Below, in pieces: positions 19,675-28,725 of a stretch of 64,000 bases of DNA. Origin of the DNA: Elusimicrobiota bacterium (lineage in GTDB: Bacteria > Elusimicrobiota > Elusimicrobia > UBA1565 > UBA9628); NCBI GenBank assembly GCA_027319565.1, contig DAHVNA010000003.1:1-64000 (forward strand), given 5' to 3'. Position 1 is the first letter of the stretch; every line of letters starts with the position of its first letter. The position numbers and the translations under genes were made by a program. The notes beneath the pieces are model-generated. The model had not been told where the DNA came from. It searched no databases and saw only the letters and a program-made list of their open reading frames with translations.

Positions 19675-21093
19675 ATGAAATCGCGCGCGGTCGTAATCGT
19701 ATTAGGAAGTCTCCTGGCGGGATGGGCATCCAGCGCCAGGGCGGAGGTGCCGCCGGTCGGAAACGTCGTTCCCGACACGAGCACCTTCTTTAACGGCAAG
19801 CCGTTTGACGGAAACGGGGTTCAGCCATGGTATGACGGCGGAGCCGCTCTCATCGATACCGATAAACTGGACCTCAATATGTTCGGACGACTCCAAATGA
19901 ACGGAGTGGGCGAAATCGTCCCCGATCCAGTTAGGGCTCATCAGCGCGTTTACTCCTTCCTCCAAGAATCACGATTGGGAATGAGAGGAGACTTTGAAGG
20001 CTATAAGTTTGAAACCCAGCTCGCCTTGGGCGGCCAGGATATTGTTGAAAGCAATAATCCAAACGTGGCCTTTACGCTCCTAGACATGTCGGTTGATATT
20101 CCGCTTCCCAGCATTGGGAAAGACACCTCGCTTAAGGTCGGACAATTCCGCGTGCCTTACAGCCGCGAAAACCTCACCGACACGGGGTATATGCCGTTTT
20201 CAGAGCGCTCGATAGCCAGCGACGCATTCGGCAACGGCACCCGCGACTATGGATTAGCCCTACAAGATTATCGCGGAAAATTCGCCGGAACCCTGGCGGT
20301 GATGTCGGGAGCGGGAGAAGACGTGCCACAGCGTTATTTGCCGGAAAACTTCGGCATCCCAGAAATGGTTATGCGCGTGGGGTATAACGATGGGGTGGAT
20401 GAGGACATCTACCATGTCGTAGAAACCGACCTAGGGCTTAAACAAACCGAGAAAGCGGCTTATTTCAATGCGTTATTTAGCAAGGATACCCAGATTGGAC
20501 ACTCCACGGCATTAAACCTCAACCTCCCTTACCCCACCATGATGATCAGTCCCACATGGAACCCGTATATCGATGCCGGAGGCAGCCCAGCGGCAATGCA
20601 GATGGGCGATATTTTCGAGCTTGGAGGCGACGCCGTCATCCGAAAACCCCTTGCAAACGGGAACGCCGTATCGGGTGAAGCCGAAATCAATTGGGGCGGT
20701 TATCAAAATCTTTACGGCGAAATCCATATGGCCACCGCGCGTTTGCAAGGAAGCTACTTAATTCATCAAAAGTATGAGTGGGCGCTGCGATACGTGGCTA
20801 TGAATACAGGAAGCACGGTAGGTGACACGGGCTTTAAAGCCAGCGGAGATGCAGTCATCAACGAGATCACGCCTTCTTTCACTTGGTATATCAAGGGCCA
20901 AAACGTAAAATTCGTAACCGAGGCCCCAGTCTACTTGAATATGCCGGTGTTTAACAACACCGCGGCGGGCGGCATCGGCTCATATGTCATGGCCGATATG
21001 CCGTTTCAGGCCAGCGCCGGCAGCGGAGCGGGAAACACCACAACGCGTGACGTCATCCCTGAACTTCGGATGATGGTTCAATTCCTGTTCTAA
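19675..21093 (+). CDS. Outer-membrane beta-barrel porin (OprO/OprP-like)
   Basis: Signal peptide, LKVGQFRVPYSRE and FSERS...RDYG motifs, amphipathic strands, C-terminal QFLF. Confidence 0.78.
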   Translation: MKSRAVVIVLGSLLAGWASSARAEVPPVGNVVPDTSTFFNGKPFDGNGVQPWYDGGAALIDTDKLDLNMFGRLQMNGVGEIVPDPVRAHQRVYSFLQESRLGMRGDFEGYKFETQLALGGQDIVESNNPNVAFTLLDMSVDIPLPSIGKDTSLKVGQFRVPYSRENLTDTGYMPFSERSIASDAFGNGTRDYGLALQDYRGKFAGTLAVMSGAGEDVPQRYLPENFGIPEMVMRVGYNDGVDEDIYHVVETDLGLKQTEKAAYFNALFSKDTQIGHSTALNLNLPYPTMMISPTWNPYIDAGGSPAAMQMGDIFELGGDAVIRKPLANGNAVSGEAEINWGGYQNLYGEIHMATARLQGSYLIHQKYEWALRYVAMNTGSTVGDTGFKASGDAVINEITPSFTWYIKGQNVKFVTEAPVYLNMPVFNNTAAGGIGSYVMADMPFQASAGSGAGNTTTRDVIPELRMMVQFLF

Positions 21094-21111
21094 ATCTCGG
21101 CGCTCTCAGTT

Positions 21112-21145
21112 GAGAGGCGGGCGGAAACGCCCGCCTCTCTTTTTT
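21112..21145 (+). terminator. Intrinsic terminator after the porin
   Basis: GAGAGGCGGGCG-GAAA-CGCCCGCCTCTC perfect 12 bp stem plus TTTTTT. Confidence 0.92.
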
Positions 21146-21164
21146 ATATACGCTCAATCCGGTA

Positions 21165-21181
21165 TTGGCTGTTTTGTTGCT
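21165..21181 (+). promoter_or_regulatory. sigma54 (-24/-12) promoter P2
   Basis: TTGGCTGTTTTGTTGCT: GG-N10-GC right after the terminator and before the AGGAGG SD of yceI. Confidence 0.72.
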
Positions 21182-21207
21182 TGTTATTAATTCAGGAGGA
21201 ATTGGTT

Positions 21208-21855
21208 ATGAAAACAAAACGACAGACATTCGCTCTAAGCTTCTGCTTATTAGCCCTCAGTTCTTTTTCTTATGCGGCTTCAATTCCGATTGAGGCCTTG
21301 CCGCAGAGTCAAGTTTGGATATCGGGAAACTCAACCCTTCATCCCTTTATCATCAAAGCCTCGACCTTTAATATCCAAATGTCTATTGCCGCTTCCGGAA
21401 ATGGAGAGGCAAAAACGGCTGTCCTTAAAGGCTTGCCGGCCCAACTCCAGCTGACCATTCCCGTCAAGGGATTACGATCCGAATTTGAAGCCATGGACGA
21501 CAATACACAAAAGGCCATGAAAGCGAAAAAATACCCCACCATCGTATTTTCGCTTACGTCTTATTCCCTCTCCAATCTCAATGGGAAAGAGTCCATCGCC
21601 GCCCTAGGAACCCTCTCAATTTCCGGAGTGTCAAAGCCGATTACCCTTCACGGAAAAATCGCAATCTCAAAATCAAAAATCACCGTCACCGGTTCTCAGC
21701 CTATTTTGATGAAAGACTACGGAATCACGCCGCCGACAATGATGTTTGATACGATTAAGGTTGACAACAAGGTCGTCGTCCACTATCATTTAATCTTGAC
21801 TCAAGCGGAAAAGGCGGACTTGGGCGCAAGTCATTCATTGGCCGCGGGTTTATAA
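21208..21855 (+). CDS. YceI-family periplasmic lipid/polyisoprenoid-binding protein
   Basis: SGNSTLH, YPTIVF, GTLSISGVSKPI, MKDYGITPP; signal peptide. Confidence 0.85.
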   Translation: MKTKRQTFALSFCLLALSSFSYAASIPIEALPQSQVWISGNSTLHPFIIKASTFNIQMSIAASGNGEAKTAVLKGLPAQLQLTIPVKGLRSEFEAMDDNTQKAMKAKKYPTIVFSLTSYSLSNLNGKESIAALGTLSISGVSKPITLHGKIAISKSKITVTGSQPILMKDYGITPPTMMFDTIKVDNKVVVHYHLILTQAEKADLGASHSLAAGL

Positions 21856-21879
21856 ACCGTCCCATGAAAGGAGAAGATC

Positions 21880-22449
21880 GTGACGCAATTCAAGCGGGCA
21901 TCCATCGTGATGGTCTCTTGTCTATTGGCAATGGCTTTTTCCGCCTCGGCCTCGGGCCGAACAACGCGCGGTCTCTTTATCCACATCCGATCTCAAAAAG
22001 GGATATACTTCGTCAAAGGCGAATTCTATGTCCAGTCCTCGGTTGAAAATTCCTGGAAAGTTCTCACCGATTATGACCATATCGCCGATTTTGTCGGAAA
22101 CGTCGACTCAAGCACAATCCTGGAACAGAACCAATCCTCTCTTCTCATACGACAGAAAATTTCCGGGAAAGTTCTATTTATCAACAAAACATTTAGCCTC
22201 AAGCTTCTGATCCACGAGCGCCCTCGGCAGCTGATTTCCTTTACTGACATCTCCCACAAAAGCTTTTCAATCTATGAAGGCTCCTGGGAATTGTCCCCGT
22301 TCAAAGGCCAATCCAAAATCATCTATCGCCTCAAGGCCAAACCCAAGGGCTGGGCTCCATTGATTCTTGGCCAGCACGCCTTTAAATCGAACGCGCGGGC
22401 GCTTCTTGATGAAATTCGCTCTGAAATTCTTAGAAGATCAGCGGAATGA
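21880..22449 (+). CDS. SRPBCC/START (polyketide cyclase/CoQ-binding-like) protein with signal peptide
   Basis: WKVLTDYDHIADFV and YEGSWEL motifs. Confidence 0.78.
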   Translation: MTQFKRASIVMVSCLLAMAFSASASGRTTRGLFIHIRSQKGIYFVKGEFYVQSSVENSWKVLTDYDHIADFVGNVDSSTILEQNQSSLLIRQKISGKVLFINKTFSLKLLIHERPRQLISFTDISHKSFSIYEGSWELSPFKGQSKIIYRLKAKPKGWAPLILGQHAFKSNARALLDEIRSEILRRSAE

Positions 22450-23171
22450 AAAACATGGAAACAAAAAAAATTGAAAGCGAAGAAGAGCTGTCCAAAAGAA
22501 AAGAGGAATGGCGGCGCATGATCGCCCACGATCTGCGCGCTCCTCTCTCCAACATATCGGCGGTCCTTCAAGTCATTCGGGAGGTGTCCGGGACAAGGCC
22601 ATTAAGCGCGAAAGAAATCGAACTCATTGATATCAGCCTCCGTTCCGGAAAACGCATGATGGAACTTCTGGACCTATTTTTAGATATCGCCAAATTAGAC
22701 GAAGGGGTGATGCCGGTATCCAAAAAAGAAATACTTCTCTCCCCCCTGGTTCAGAGCGTCATCGAGGATGAAGTTTCCCTCGCCCGAGCCAAAAACATCT
22801 CTATTGAGGTATCCATCGGCGAAAGAGAAACCGTTTTCGCCGATGAAAATCTTCTGGAGAGAACCCTTCAGAATCTTCTTAATAACGCCCTTAAATTTAC
22901 CCCGCGCGGAGGGAAAATTTCCATCTCCTTGACGGATAAAGACAAGATATCCGTTCGAGACAACGGAATCGGGATTTCCCAGGACGGAATGAAAACCCTC
23001 TTTGACCGTTTCCACCAGGCCGAAGCCCGTCGGGAAGGCTTGATTCAAGGAAACGGCCTGGGACTCACCTTCTGCCGACAAGCCGTGCGCGCCATGGGAG
23101 GAGAAATCTACGTCCATTCGGAACTGGGCAAAGGAAGCGAGTTTACCATCAGCCTGCCGCCTCACCCTTAG
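22446..23171 (+). CDS. Histidine kinase core (HisKA + HATPase) with no input domain
   Basis: AHDLRAPL, NLLNNALKFT, DNGIGI, GNGLGL, GKGSEF. Confidence 0.9.
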   Translation: MKNMETKKIESEEELSKRKEEWRRMIAHDLRAPLSNISAVLQVIREVSGTRPLSAKEIELIDISLRSGKRMMELLDLFLDIAKLDEGVMPVSKKEILLSPLVQSVIEDEVSLARAKNISIEVSIGERETVFADENLLERTLQNLLNNALKFTPRGGKISISLTDKDKISVRDNGIGISQDGMKTLFDRFHQAEARREGLIQGNGLGLTFCRQAVRAMGGEIYVHSELGKGSEFTISLPPHP

Positions 23172-23610
23172 AGTCTTCCATCTCCACAAAAGCCCTTAAA
23201 ATGTCCATGGTCGACACAATGCCGACCAAGCGCTTATCCCTGGTAATGGGCAAGCGGTGAATTCGTCTGGCGAGCATCTGCCGAGCCAGATCCCCGACCG
23301 GAGTTTCCTCATCGGCCGAGAGAACCGCCGGGGTCATTAAATCAAAAACCGTCACCTCGTCTTTGACCCTTGAAACTGAATCAAAAAGGGGCATCACGTC
23401 GCGGTAAAAATCCAAGGCATCGTCTTTTTCAGACCGCGCTTGTTTTCTCACGATATCGGTCTGAGAGACGACCCCCATCAACGCCCCATGACTATCGACG
23501 ACGGGAACGCCCGTAATCTTGTGTTTGGTGAGAAGTTCCGACAACTCCTTGGCGGTCACGAGCGGCGAAACGGTGACGACATTTCTTCGCATAATGTCTT
23601 TTGCCTTCAT
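23149..23610 (-). CDS. Tandem CBS domain protein
   Basis: AKDIM, ITGVPVVD..G.LMGVVSQTDI, IHRLPI....LVGIVSTMDI. Confidence 0.9.
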   Translation of the reverse strand: MKAKDIMRRNVVTVSPLVTAKELSELLTKHKITGVPVVDSHGALMGVVSQTDIVRKQARSEKDDALDFYRDVMPLFDSVSRVKDEVTVFDLMTPAVLSADEETPVGDLARQMLARRIHRLPITRDKRLVGIVSTMDILRAFVEMEDSKGEAAG

Positions 23611-23623
23611 AAATTTCCCTTGT

Positions 23624-24133
23624 TCAAGAAATACTTTGCCCTTTGTCCCATTTTTTCTTAATAATCTTCTCGACCCCCTGGGTATTAGACTCTATGCGTC
23701 TCCCCATGGAGCGCCCCAAAGAACGGCTCATCGTCCGAGCGTAATGAGGCCAAAGGCGCTCTTCTTCCACTTTAAAGTGAGCGCGCAAAAGCGCGACCAA
23801 TTCCTTGGACCATTTTCGCAACCGGCTCAGCGGGCCTGGCCCCGGCTGAAGCGGGAGATTGCTAATTTGTTCGATTAGTTGCTTTAAATGAAGATGCTGC
23901 TCTTCAATCGCGTCTAAAATAACTGCGGCTCCGGGCTCTTTCAAATACGACTCTTTCTCAATGAGAGAATTTTCCATCTCTTCATGAATTTCCAAAATTG
24001 GAAGAAGAATAGCCAAGACTCCCCAAATCCGTCCCCATGCGCCGATTCCTTCAATCCGCACGGCGACTTCCAAGCGCTCAATAATTCTTTCCAAGGCGCG
24101 ATGCTCGGCTTTGACTTCCGTAAAAAAGTTCAT
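23624..24133 (-). CDS. Hemerythrin-like (HHE) domain protein
   Basis: EH, HEEME, QH and HFKVEE metal-ligand pattern. Confidence 0.75.
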   Translation of the reverse strand: MNFFTEVKAEHRALERIIERLEVAVRIEGIGAWGRIWGVLAILLPILEIHEEMENSLIEKESYLKEPGAAVILDAIEEQHLHLKQLIEQISNLPLQPGPGPLSRLRKWSKELVALLRAHFKVEEERLWPHYARTMSRSLGRSMGRRIESNTQGVEKIIKKKWDKGQSIS

Positions 24134-24149
24134 CTTAGCTCCAACGGCC

Positions 24150-25058
24150 TCAACTCTTTGACTTCTCCGAAGAAATTTCCGGAACCGCTAAAACCGAAGA
24201 TTCACTATAGCGAATCACCCTTTCCGCCGTCGTTCCCAAAATCATATCTTCCAAAAACCCGCGAGAGCGCGCGGCTAAAACGACGAGATCCGACTCCAGG
24301 GAAGCCTTGAGTATTTCATTGATCGGCTTTCCCCAAGCGACTTGGGCTTCGATTTTCTGCGGCCTTTGAGAGTCTGGCAGGCGTTTGAGGCCACTCAAGA
24401 CCGTTTTTTTGATATGGGATAAGTCTCCGGAAAATTCCACGCTCGGAGTGGCCGCCACATGAAAAATATTCAATCCCGCTCCCATGGATTTCGCGCAAGC
24501 AGCGGCGAACTCAAGCCCGAAAACGGAACGACTGTTTAAGTCATAAGGGGCTAGTATCCGCTCGGGCTTTTTAACGGGCTTTTTCGCGATTAAAACCGGA
24601 ACCCGGCTTTTTCGGACCACCGCCTCCGCCACCGAGGAATGAAACGCCCTGGCCAAACCCAAGCGCGACTGGGTGCCAAGAACGATTAAATCAAAGCGAT
24701 TTGAATGAGCCCAACGGACAATTTCCTCGATTGGATCTCCGGGAAGAGAAACAATTCTCTCTTTAATCCCTAAATTTTTCCGCAAGCGCTCAACGGTTTC
24801 TTCGGAGGTTTTCGCCGTCAGCTGCGGATCTGCGTATCCAAACTCGCTATTGCCAGCCCAAAGCCAGGGTTGGACATAAACCCCTTCTATCTTTGCCTTC
24901 CAAATCTTCGAGAAAATCAAGCCCTCTTCCCAAGCGATAGCGGAAGCCTGAGAGGGGTCCAAAGCGACCAAAATGCGCTTAGGCGGACAATGCTGCTTGA
25001 TCTGGGCGTTTTCCGCCGATTTTTCCGCAATCCCTGGGTCCGTTAAATGGTCTTTCAT
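24150..25058 (-). CDS. Tandem universal stress protein (two Usp domains)
   Basis: RILVALD, DLIVLGT, SVAEAVVR, ILGTTAERVIR; AGGAG SD before ATG 25058. Confidence 0.9.
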   Translation of the reverse strand: MKDHLTDPGIAEKSAENAQIKQHCPPKRILVALDPSQASAIAWEEGLIFSKIWKAKIEGVYVQPWLWAGNSEFGYADPQLTAKTSEETVERLRKNLGIKERIVSLPGDPIEEIVRWAHSNRFDLIVLGTQSRLGLARAFHSSVAEAVVRKSRVPVLIAKKPVKKPERILAPYDLNSRSVFGLEFAAACAKSMGAGLNIFHVAATPSVEFSGDLSHIKKTVLSGLKRLPDSQRPQKIEAQVAWGKPINEILKASLESDLVVLAARSRGFLEDMILGTTAERVIRYSESSVLAVPEISSEKSKS

Positions 25059-25117
25059 AAATTGTCTCCTTCTTAGGTGCGGCTTAAGCTCTCGTGTCCT
25101 GTCCCTAACGACTTCTC

Positions 25118-25134
25118 TGCAACACAAATTCCAA
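25118..25134 (-). promoter_or_regulatory. sigma54 (-24/-12) promoter P3 for usp-hemerythrin-CBS
   Basis: Minus strand TTGGAATTTGTGTTGCA: GG-N10-GC. Confidence 0.7.
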
Positions 25135-25155
25135 TTCAGCGCAGGAAAATGGAGC

Positions 25156-25172
25156 TAGGACAAAGTGTTGCG
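25156..25172 (+). promoter_or_regulatory. Candidate sigma54 promoter P4, divergent from P3
   Basis: TAGGACAAAGTGTTGCG: GG-N10-GC; predicted start site falls almost on ATG 25185. Confidence 0.5.
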
Positions 25173-25184
25173 AGAACAATAGGC

Positions 25185-26141
25185 ATGGAAACAACGCCTT
25201 GGTCGATTGTTCTTGCCGCCGGAGAAGGAAGTCGGTTAAGCTCGGCCATCAAAAACTGGTTCGGGCGGGAATGTCCGAAACAGTTTTGCGCTTTAGGGGG
25301 CTCTCAAACGATGGTTGAAAAGACCATCAGCCGCGCGCTTGACGTCAGTTCTCTCAATCAAGTCCTGACTATCGTGGGCAAAAGCCAATTGTCATTTATC
25401 CCCCCCCACGCCAAACTTGGGCGCGTGATTAAACAACCCCGAAATTTGGGAACTGGGATCGGAATCCTTTACTCCCTTGCCCATATCCTGCCCCGAAACC
25501 CGGAAGCCATCGTATCTATTCTTCCCTCCGATCATTTCGTCGCGCCCAAGCGCGTTTTTTCTAAATTTCTGCGTTTGGCGGTTCGCTTCGTGAAAGATAA
25601 CCCGCAAAATCCCCTCTTATTGGCCGCGCAGGCGACAAGCCCCGAAACCGATTATGGATGGATAGAGACGGGAAATTCCATCAATGATTCTTCTATTCTT
25701 TCCGTGTCCCGGTTTAGAGAAAAGCCCCCCATGGAAGAAGCCTCTAGGCTGTGGAACCGCGGAGCTCTATGGAACACCATGATTACCGTCTCTAAAGCCA
25801 AAACGCTGTGGGAATTGGCTCGGGCGGTGAAACCAGATTTAATTCGCCATTTTGAGGAAATATTTTCTTCCCTCGATTCGGGAATTTCCGAAGAAGAAGC
25901 GGAAAATTTTTACCAGCGCATCGCGCCGCTGGATTTTTCAAAAGACATACTTGAAGTCAACGCCCATCAAATCAACGTCCTTCCGATGAGAGGGGTTGTC
26001 TGGAGCGATTGGGGAAGGCCAGAGCGGATACTGGAAATCATTGGCCAGTTTGGACTCCCTTCTCCAATGTCGACAGGGGGCTCATATGAACTTAATCGAA
26101 CATTTAGAGAAAGACCACGCCGAGTTAAGAGCTTTGCTTAA
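25185..26141 (+). CDS. Mannose-1-phosphate guanylyltransferase-like nucleotidyltransferase (no isomerase domain)
   Basis: IVLAAGEGSRL, PKQF, PSDH, YGWIE, FREKP, WSDWG. Confidence 0.82.
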   Translation: METTPWSIVLAAGEGSRLSSAIKNWFGRECPKQFCALGGSQTMVEKTISRALDVSSLNQVLTIVGKSQLSFIPPHAKLGRVIKQPRNLGTGIGILYSLAHILPRNPEAIVSILPSDHFVAPKRVFSKFLRLAVRFVKDNPQNPLLLAAQATSPETDYGWIETGNSINDSSILSVSRFREKPPMEEASRLWNRGALWNTMITVSKAKTLWELARAVKPDLIRHFEEIFSSLDSGISEEEAENFYQRIAPLDFSKDILEVNAHQINVLPMRGVVWSDWGRPERILEIIGQFGLPSPMSTGGSYELNRTFRERPRRVKSFA

Positions 26142-26613
26142 GGCGGCGGAAAATATCCTGGGGGAACCGCAAGGGGTAGGACTCGATGATCGCCTCTCAA
26201 CGGACAGAAAGTTATTGGTTGAAGCCTTGAAAAAATTTCTTATCGCGTTTGAAAGACACGAAGAAGCGGAAAGCCGCGTCATTGAACGCCTCTTACGGCT
26301 TGAAAAAATCTTGTCGGCCCGGCCTTTAGACGCATCTTCCAAAATCAGCGCGCCCTTGCGCAAATCTATTTCGGAAGGCCACCGTTCGCTTAAATCCATC
26401 ACCCACCTTCTAGGCGCCATCGCCTCATCCGACGATTCGGATCAAATCTACTCCATCCGACATGTTGTCTCTTCTCTTAAAGACGAACTAAGCCGCCATT
26501 TGGATTACGAAGAACATGAAATATTTCCTAAGCTGAAAGACGCTTTAAGCGCGGAAACTCTCGACAAAATGACGCGCTGGGCAAAAAATGCGACAAAATC
26601 TCAAAAAGTTTAA
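26086..26613 (+). CDS. Hemerythrin-like (HHE) domain protein
   Basis: DH, HEEAE, GH, HLDYEEHEIFP pattern. Confidence 0.78.
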   Translation: MNLIEHLEKDHAELRALLKAAENILGEPQGVGLDDRLSTDRKLLVEALKKFLIAFERHEEAESRVIERLLRLEKILSARPLDASSKISAPLRKSISEGHRSLKSITHLLGAIASSDDSDQIYSIRHVVSSLKDELSRHLDYEEHEIFPKLKDALSAETLDKMTRWAKNATKSQKV

Positions 26614-26632
26614 AATGGTAAGATTTCTCCAT

Positions 26633-28006
26633 ATGAGATTTCCAAACAATTTGTTTTATTTATTTGTTTTCGCACTGACTTTCCCCTCTCTAGCGCATTC
26701 TCAATATCCGACAAAAATTTCGCTCACGTTAAGCGAGGTTGAAAAAAACACCCTCCATCATTCCCATGCGGTGGCGGCGGCCCAAGCGCAAGGCCAAGCG
26801 GCCCAACACGGGGCCAATGTCCAATATTCTTTTGTGATGCCGCGTCTGACCTTAGAAGGGAATTGGGGATATGCAACCGCTATTCCGGATGTCCAATTGG
26901 GCGCGCTTAAAGTCCCGTTTGGGACCCATGTCAATACCGCGATAGGCCCCGAGCTTGATTACACCCTATGGGATGAAGGCTCTCTCTATCATTATTGGAA
27001 AAGCCAGCTGGCCTTGGCCCATTCCGCTCAAGATCAAGTCGATCTCCAAAAAAGAGAAGTCATCCTCGCGGCCAGGCTCGCTTATTTTCAAGCGCAACTC
27101 GCCCTGGAACAAACAAAACTGCTGGCTGATTCCCTATCTTTATCGCTGGCTCAATATCACGACATCCACACCCGGTATAGGGGCGGAACTTCGTCAAAAA
27201 TCGACGCTTTGACCTCGCATCAAGACGTTCTTCTGCGCCAAAGCGAGTTTCGGCAGGCACAAGCCGATCTCGCTTCTTCTCTTAGAGAAATTTTTACCCT
27301 TATGGGAACCCCTCAATCTTTTGATTTAACGCGCCCAGTTTCAATCTCTACCTATAAACACATGCCCCGGGAAGTGAAACCGGCCACCGCGGTTGTAGAA
27401 CTCGATCCGCCCACCCAAGAAGAATTGCCGCTTTTTAGATCTTCTCCGGACGCCGCCCATCCGGAAATACAGGCTTTCGCGATGCAAGAAGAATCGTCAA
27501 AGCTCGCGGCTAAAGCCGACGCGGCGCAAGCTTTGCCTAAAATTCAGCTTTCGGCCCGCTCCTATTACACCTACCCTGATGTCGCAGTCGACATAAACCC
27601 GACCTACCTCTATCAAAATACCGTCGGAGTCATGGCCAGCGTCCCTCTTTTTGAAGCCGGAAAAAGCGCGGAGAAATCAAAACAGGATAAGGAAATGGCG
27701 GAAGCGGCGCGCCAACAAAAAGAAGAAGCCTACGAAAATCTGGAGCGCGACTATCTCAAAGCCCGCGATCAACTCGCGCAATTAAAAGACCAGAACAAAA
27801 TAGACGCTGAAACCACCGCCGAGACTTCCGAACTCGCGCGTCTGGTCTACTCCGCTTATAAAGCCGGACACATTACGATTGTGGAGGTTCAAGACGCGGA
27901 TTTAAGGGAACTTGAAGCCGCTATTCAAGCCGCGCGCACGCAAGCTCAGACCTCCATTCAAATCGCGACTTTAGATTACATCGCCGGAGAAAAAAATGAA
28001 AAATAA
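26633..28006 (+). CDS. TolC-family outer membrane efflux protein
   Basis: Signal peptide, two PxLxL repeats (PRLTL, PKIQL), helical repeats; upstream of HlyD and ABC genes. Confidence 0.88.
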   Translation: MRFPNNLFYLFVFALTFPSLAHSQYPTKISLTLSEVEKNTLHHSHAVAAAQAQGQAAQHGANVQYSFVMPRLTLEGNWGYATAIPDVQLGALKVPFGTHVNTAIGPELDYTLWDEGSLYHYWKSQLALAHSAQDQVDLQKREVILAARLAYFQAQLALEQTKLLADSLSLSLAQYHDIHTRYRGGTSSKIDALTSHQDVLLRQSEFRQAQADLASSLREIFTLMGTPQSFDLTRPVSISTYKHMPREVKPATAVVELDPPTQEELPLFRSSPDAAHPEIQAFAMQEESSKLAAKADAAQALPKIQLSARSYYTYPDVAVDINPTYLYQNTVGVMASVPLFEAGKSAEKSKQDKEMAEAARQQKEEAYENLERDYLKARDQLAQLKDQNKIDAETTAETSELARLVYSAYKAGHITIVEVQDADLRELEAAIQAARTQAQTSIQIATLDYIAGEKNEK

Positions 28007-28724
28007 AAAGCCTCTCTTTGTCATTTTGGCTTTATTTTTGACTGGGTTCATCATCTGGAAATTAAGCGCTCGAAAATCTTTTCTCTACGCGGGAACAATC
28101 GAGGCCACTGAAATCGACATCGCGCCCCGGGTGGCGTCCAACATCTCGGAAGTTTTCGTCCAGGAAGGAGACATCGTCAAAATAGGAGAGCCGCTCGCCA
28201 AACTCTCTTGCGAAGACGTCAAATTAGACGCACAACTAGCCCAGACTGATTTCAACCGCATCACCAAGCTTTTCCGCAAGGGTTCCGCGACCCAAGAGGC
28301 GTTGGATCACACGACCAACGAATACAATCAGGCGATGTTGCGGCTGAATTGGTGCGATATCAGTTCCCCCATGAACGCGACGGTCCTTTATCGCCCGCGA
28401 GATCCGGGAGATTATATTTCAGTGGGAGAAACCATTCTCACCTTGGCCGATCTTAACTCCGTTTATGCCTATGTCTACGTGCCTCAACCGATGCTGGCCA
28501 AACTCTCCTTGGGAGAAAAAGCGACGGGATATTTGCCGGAATTAAACCGAAGGGCTTTCCCCGGCCATATTGAATTCATCCGCCCCGAAGCGGAATTTAC
28601 TCCTAAAAACGTTCAGACGGAAAAAGAGCGCGCGCGTTTGGTTTTTGGAATCAAGGTCGCCTTCGATAATCCCCAAGGAATATTAAAACCCGGGATGCCT
28701 ATCGAGGTAGCCCTAGGTTTATGA
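27996..28724 (+). CDS. HlyD-family periplasmic adaptor (YbhG-like)
   Basis: GTIEA, VQEGDIVK.G, AEFTPKNVQT, LKPGMP. Confidence 0.9.
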   Translation: MKNKKPLFVILALFLTGFIIWKLSARKSFLYAGTIEATEIDIAPRVASNISEVFVQEGDIVKIGEPLAKLSCEDVKLDAQLAQTDFNRITKLFRKGSATQEALDHTTNEYNQAMLRLNWCDISSPMNATVLYRPRDPGDYISVGETILTLADLNSVYAYVYVPQPMLAKLSLGEKATGYLPELNRRAFPGHIEFIRPEAEFTPKNVQTEKERARLVFGIKVAFDNPQGILKPGMPIEVALGL

Positions 28725-28725
28725 G

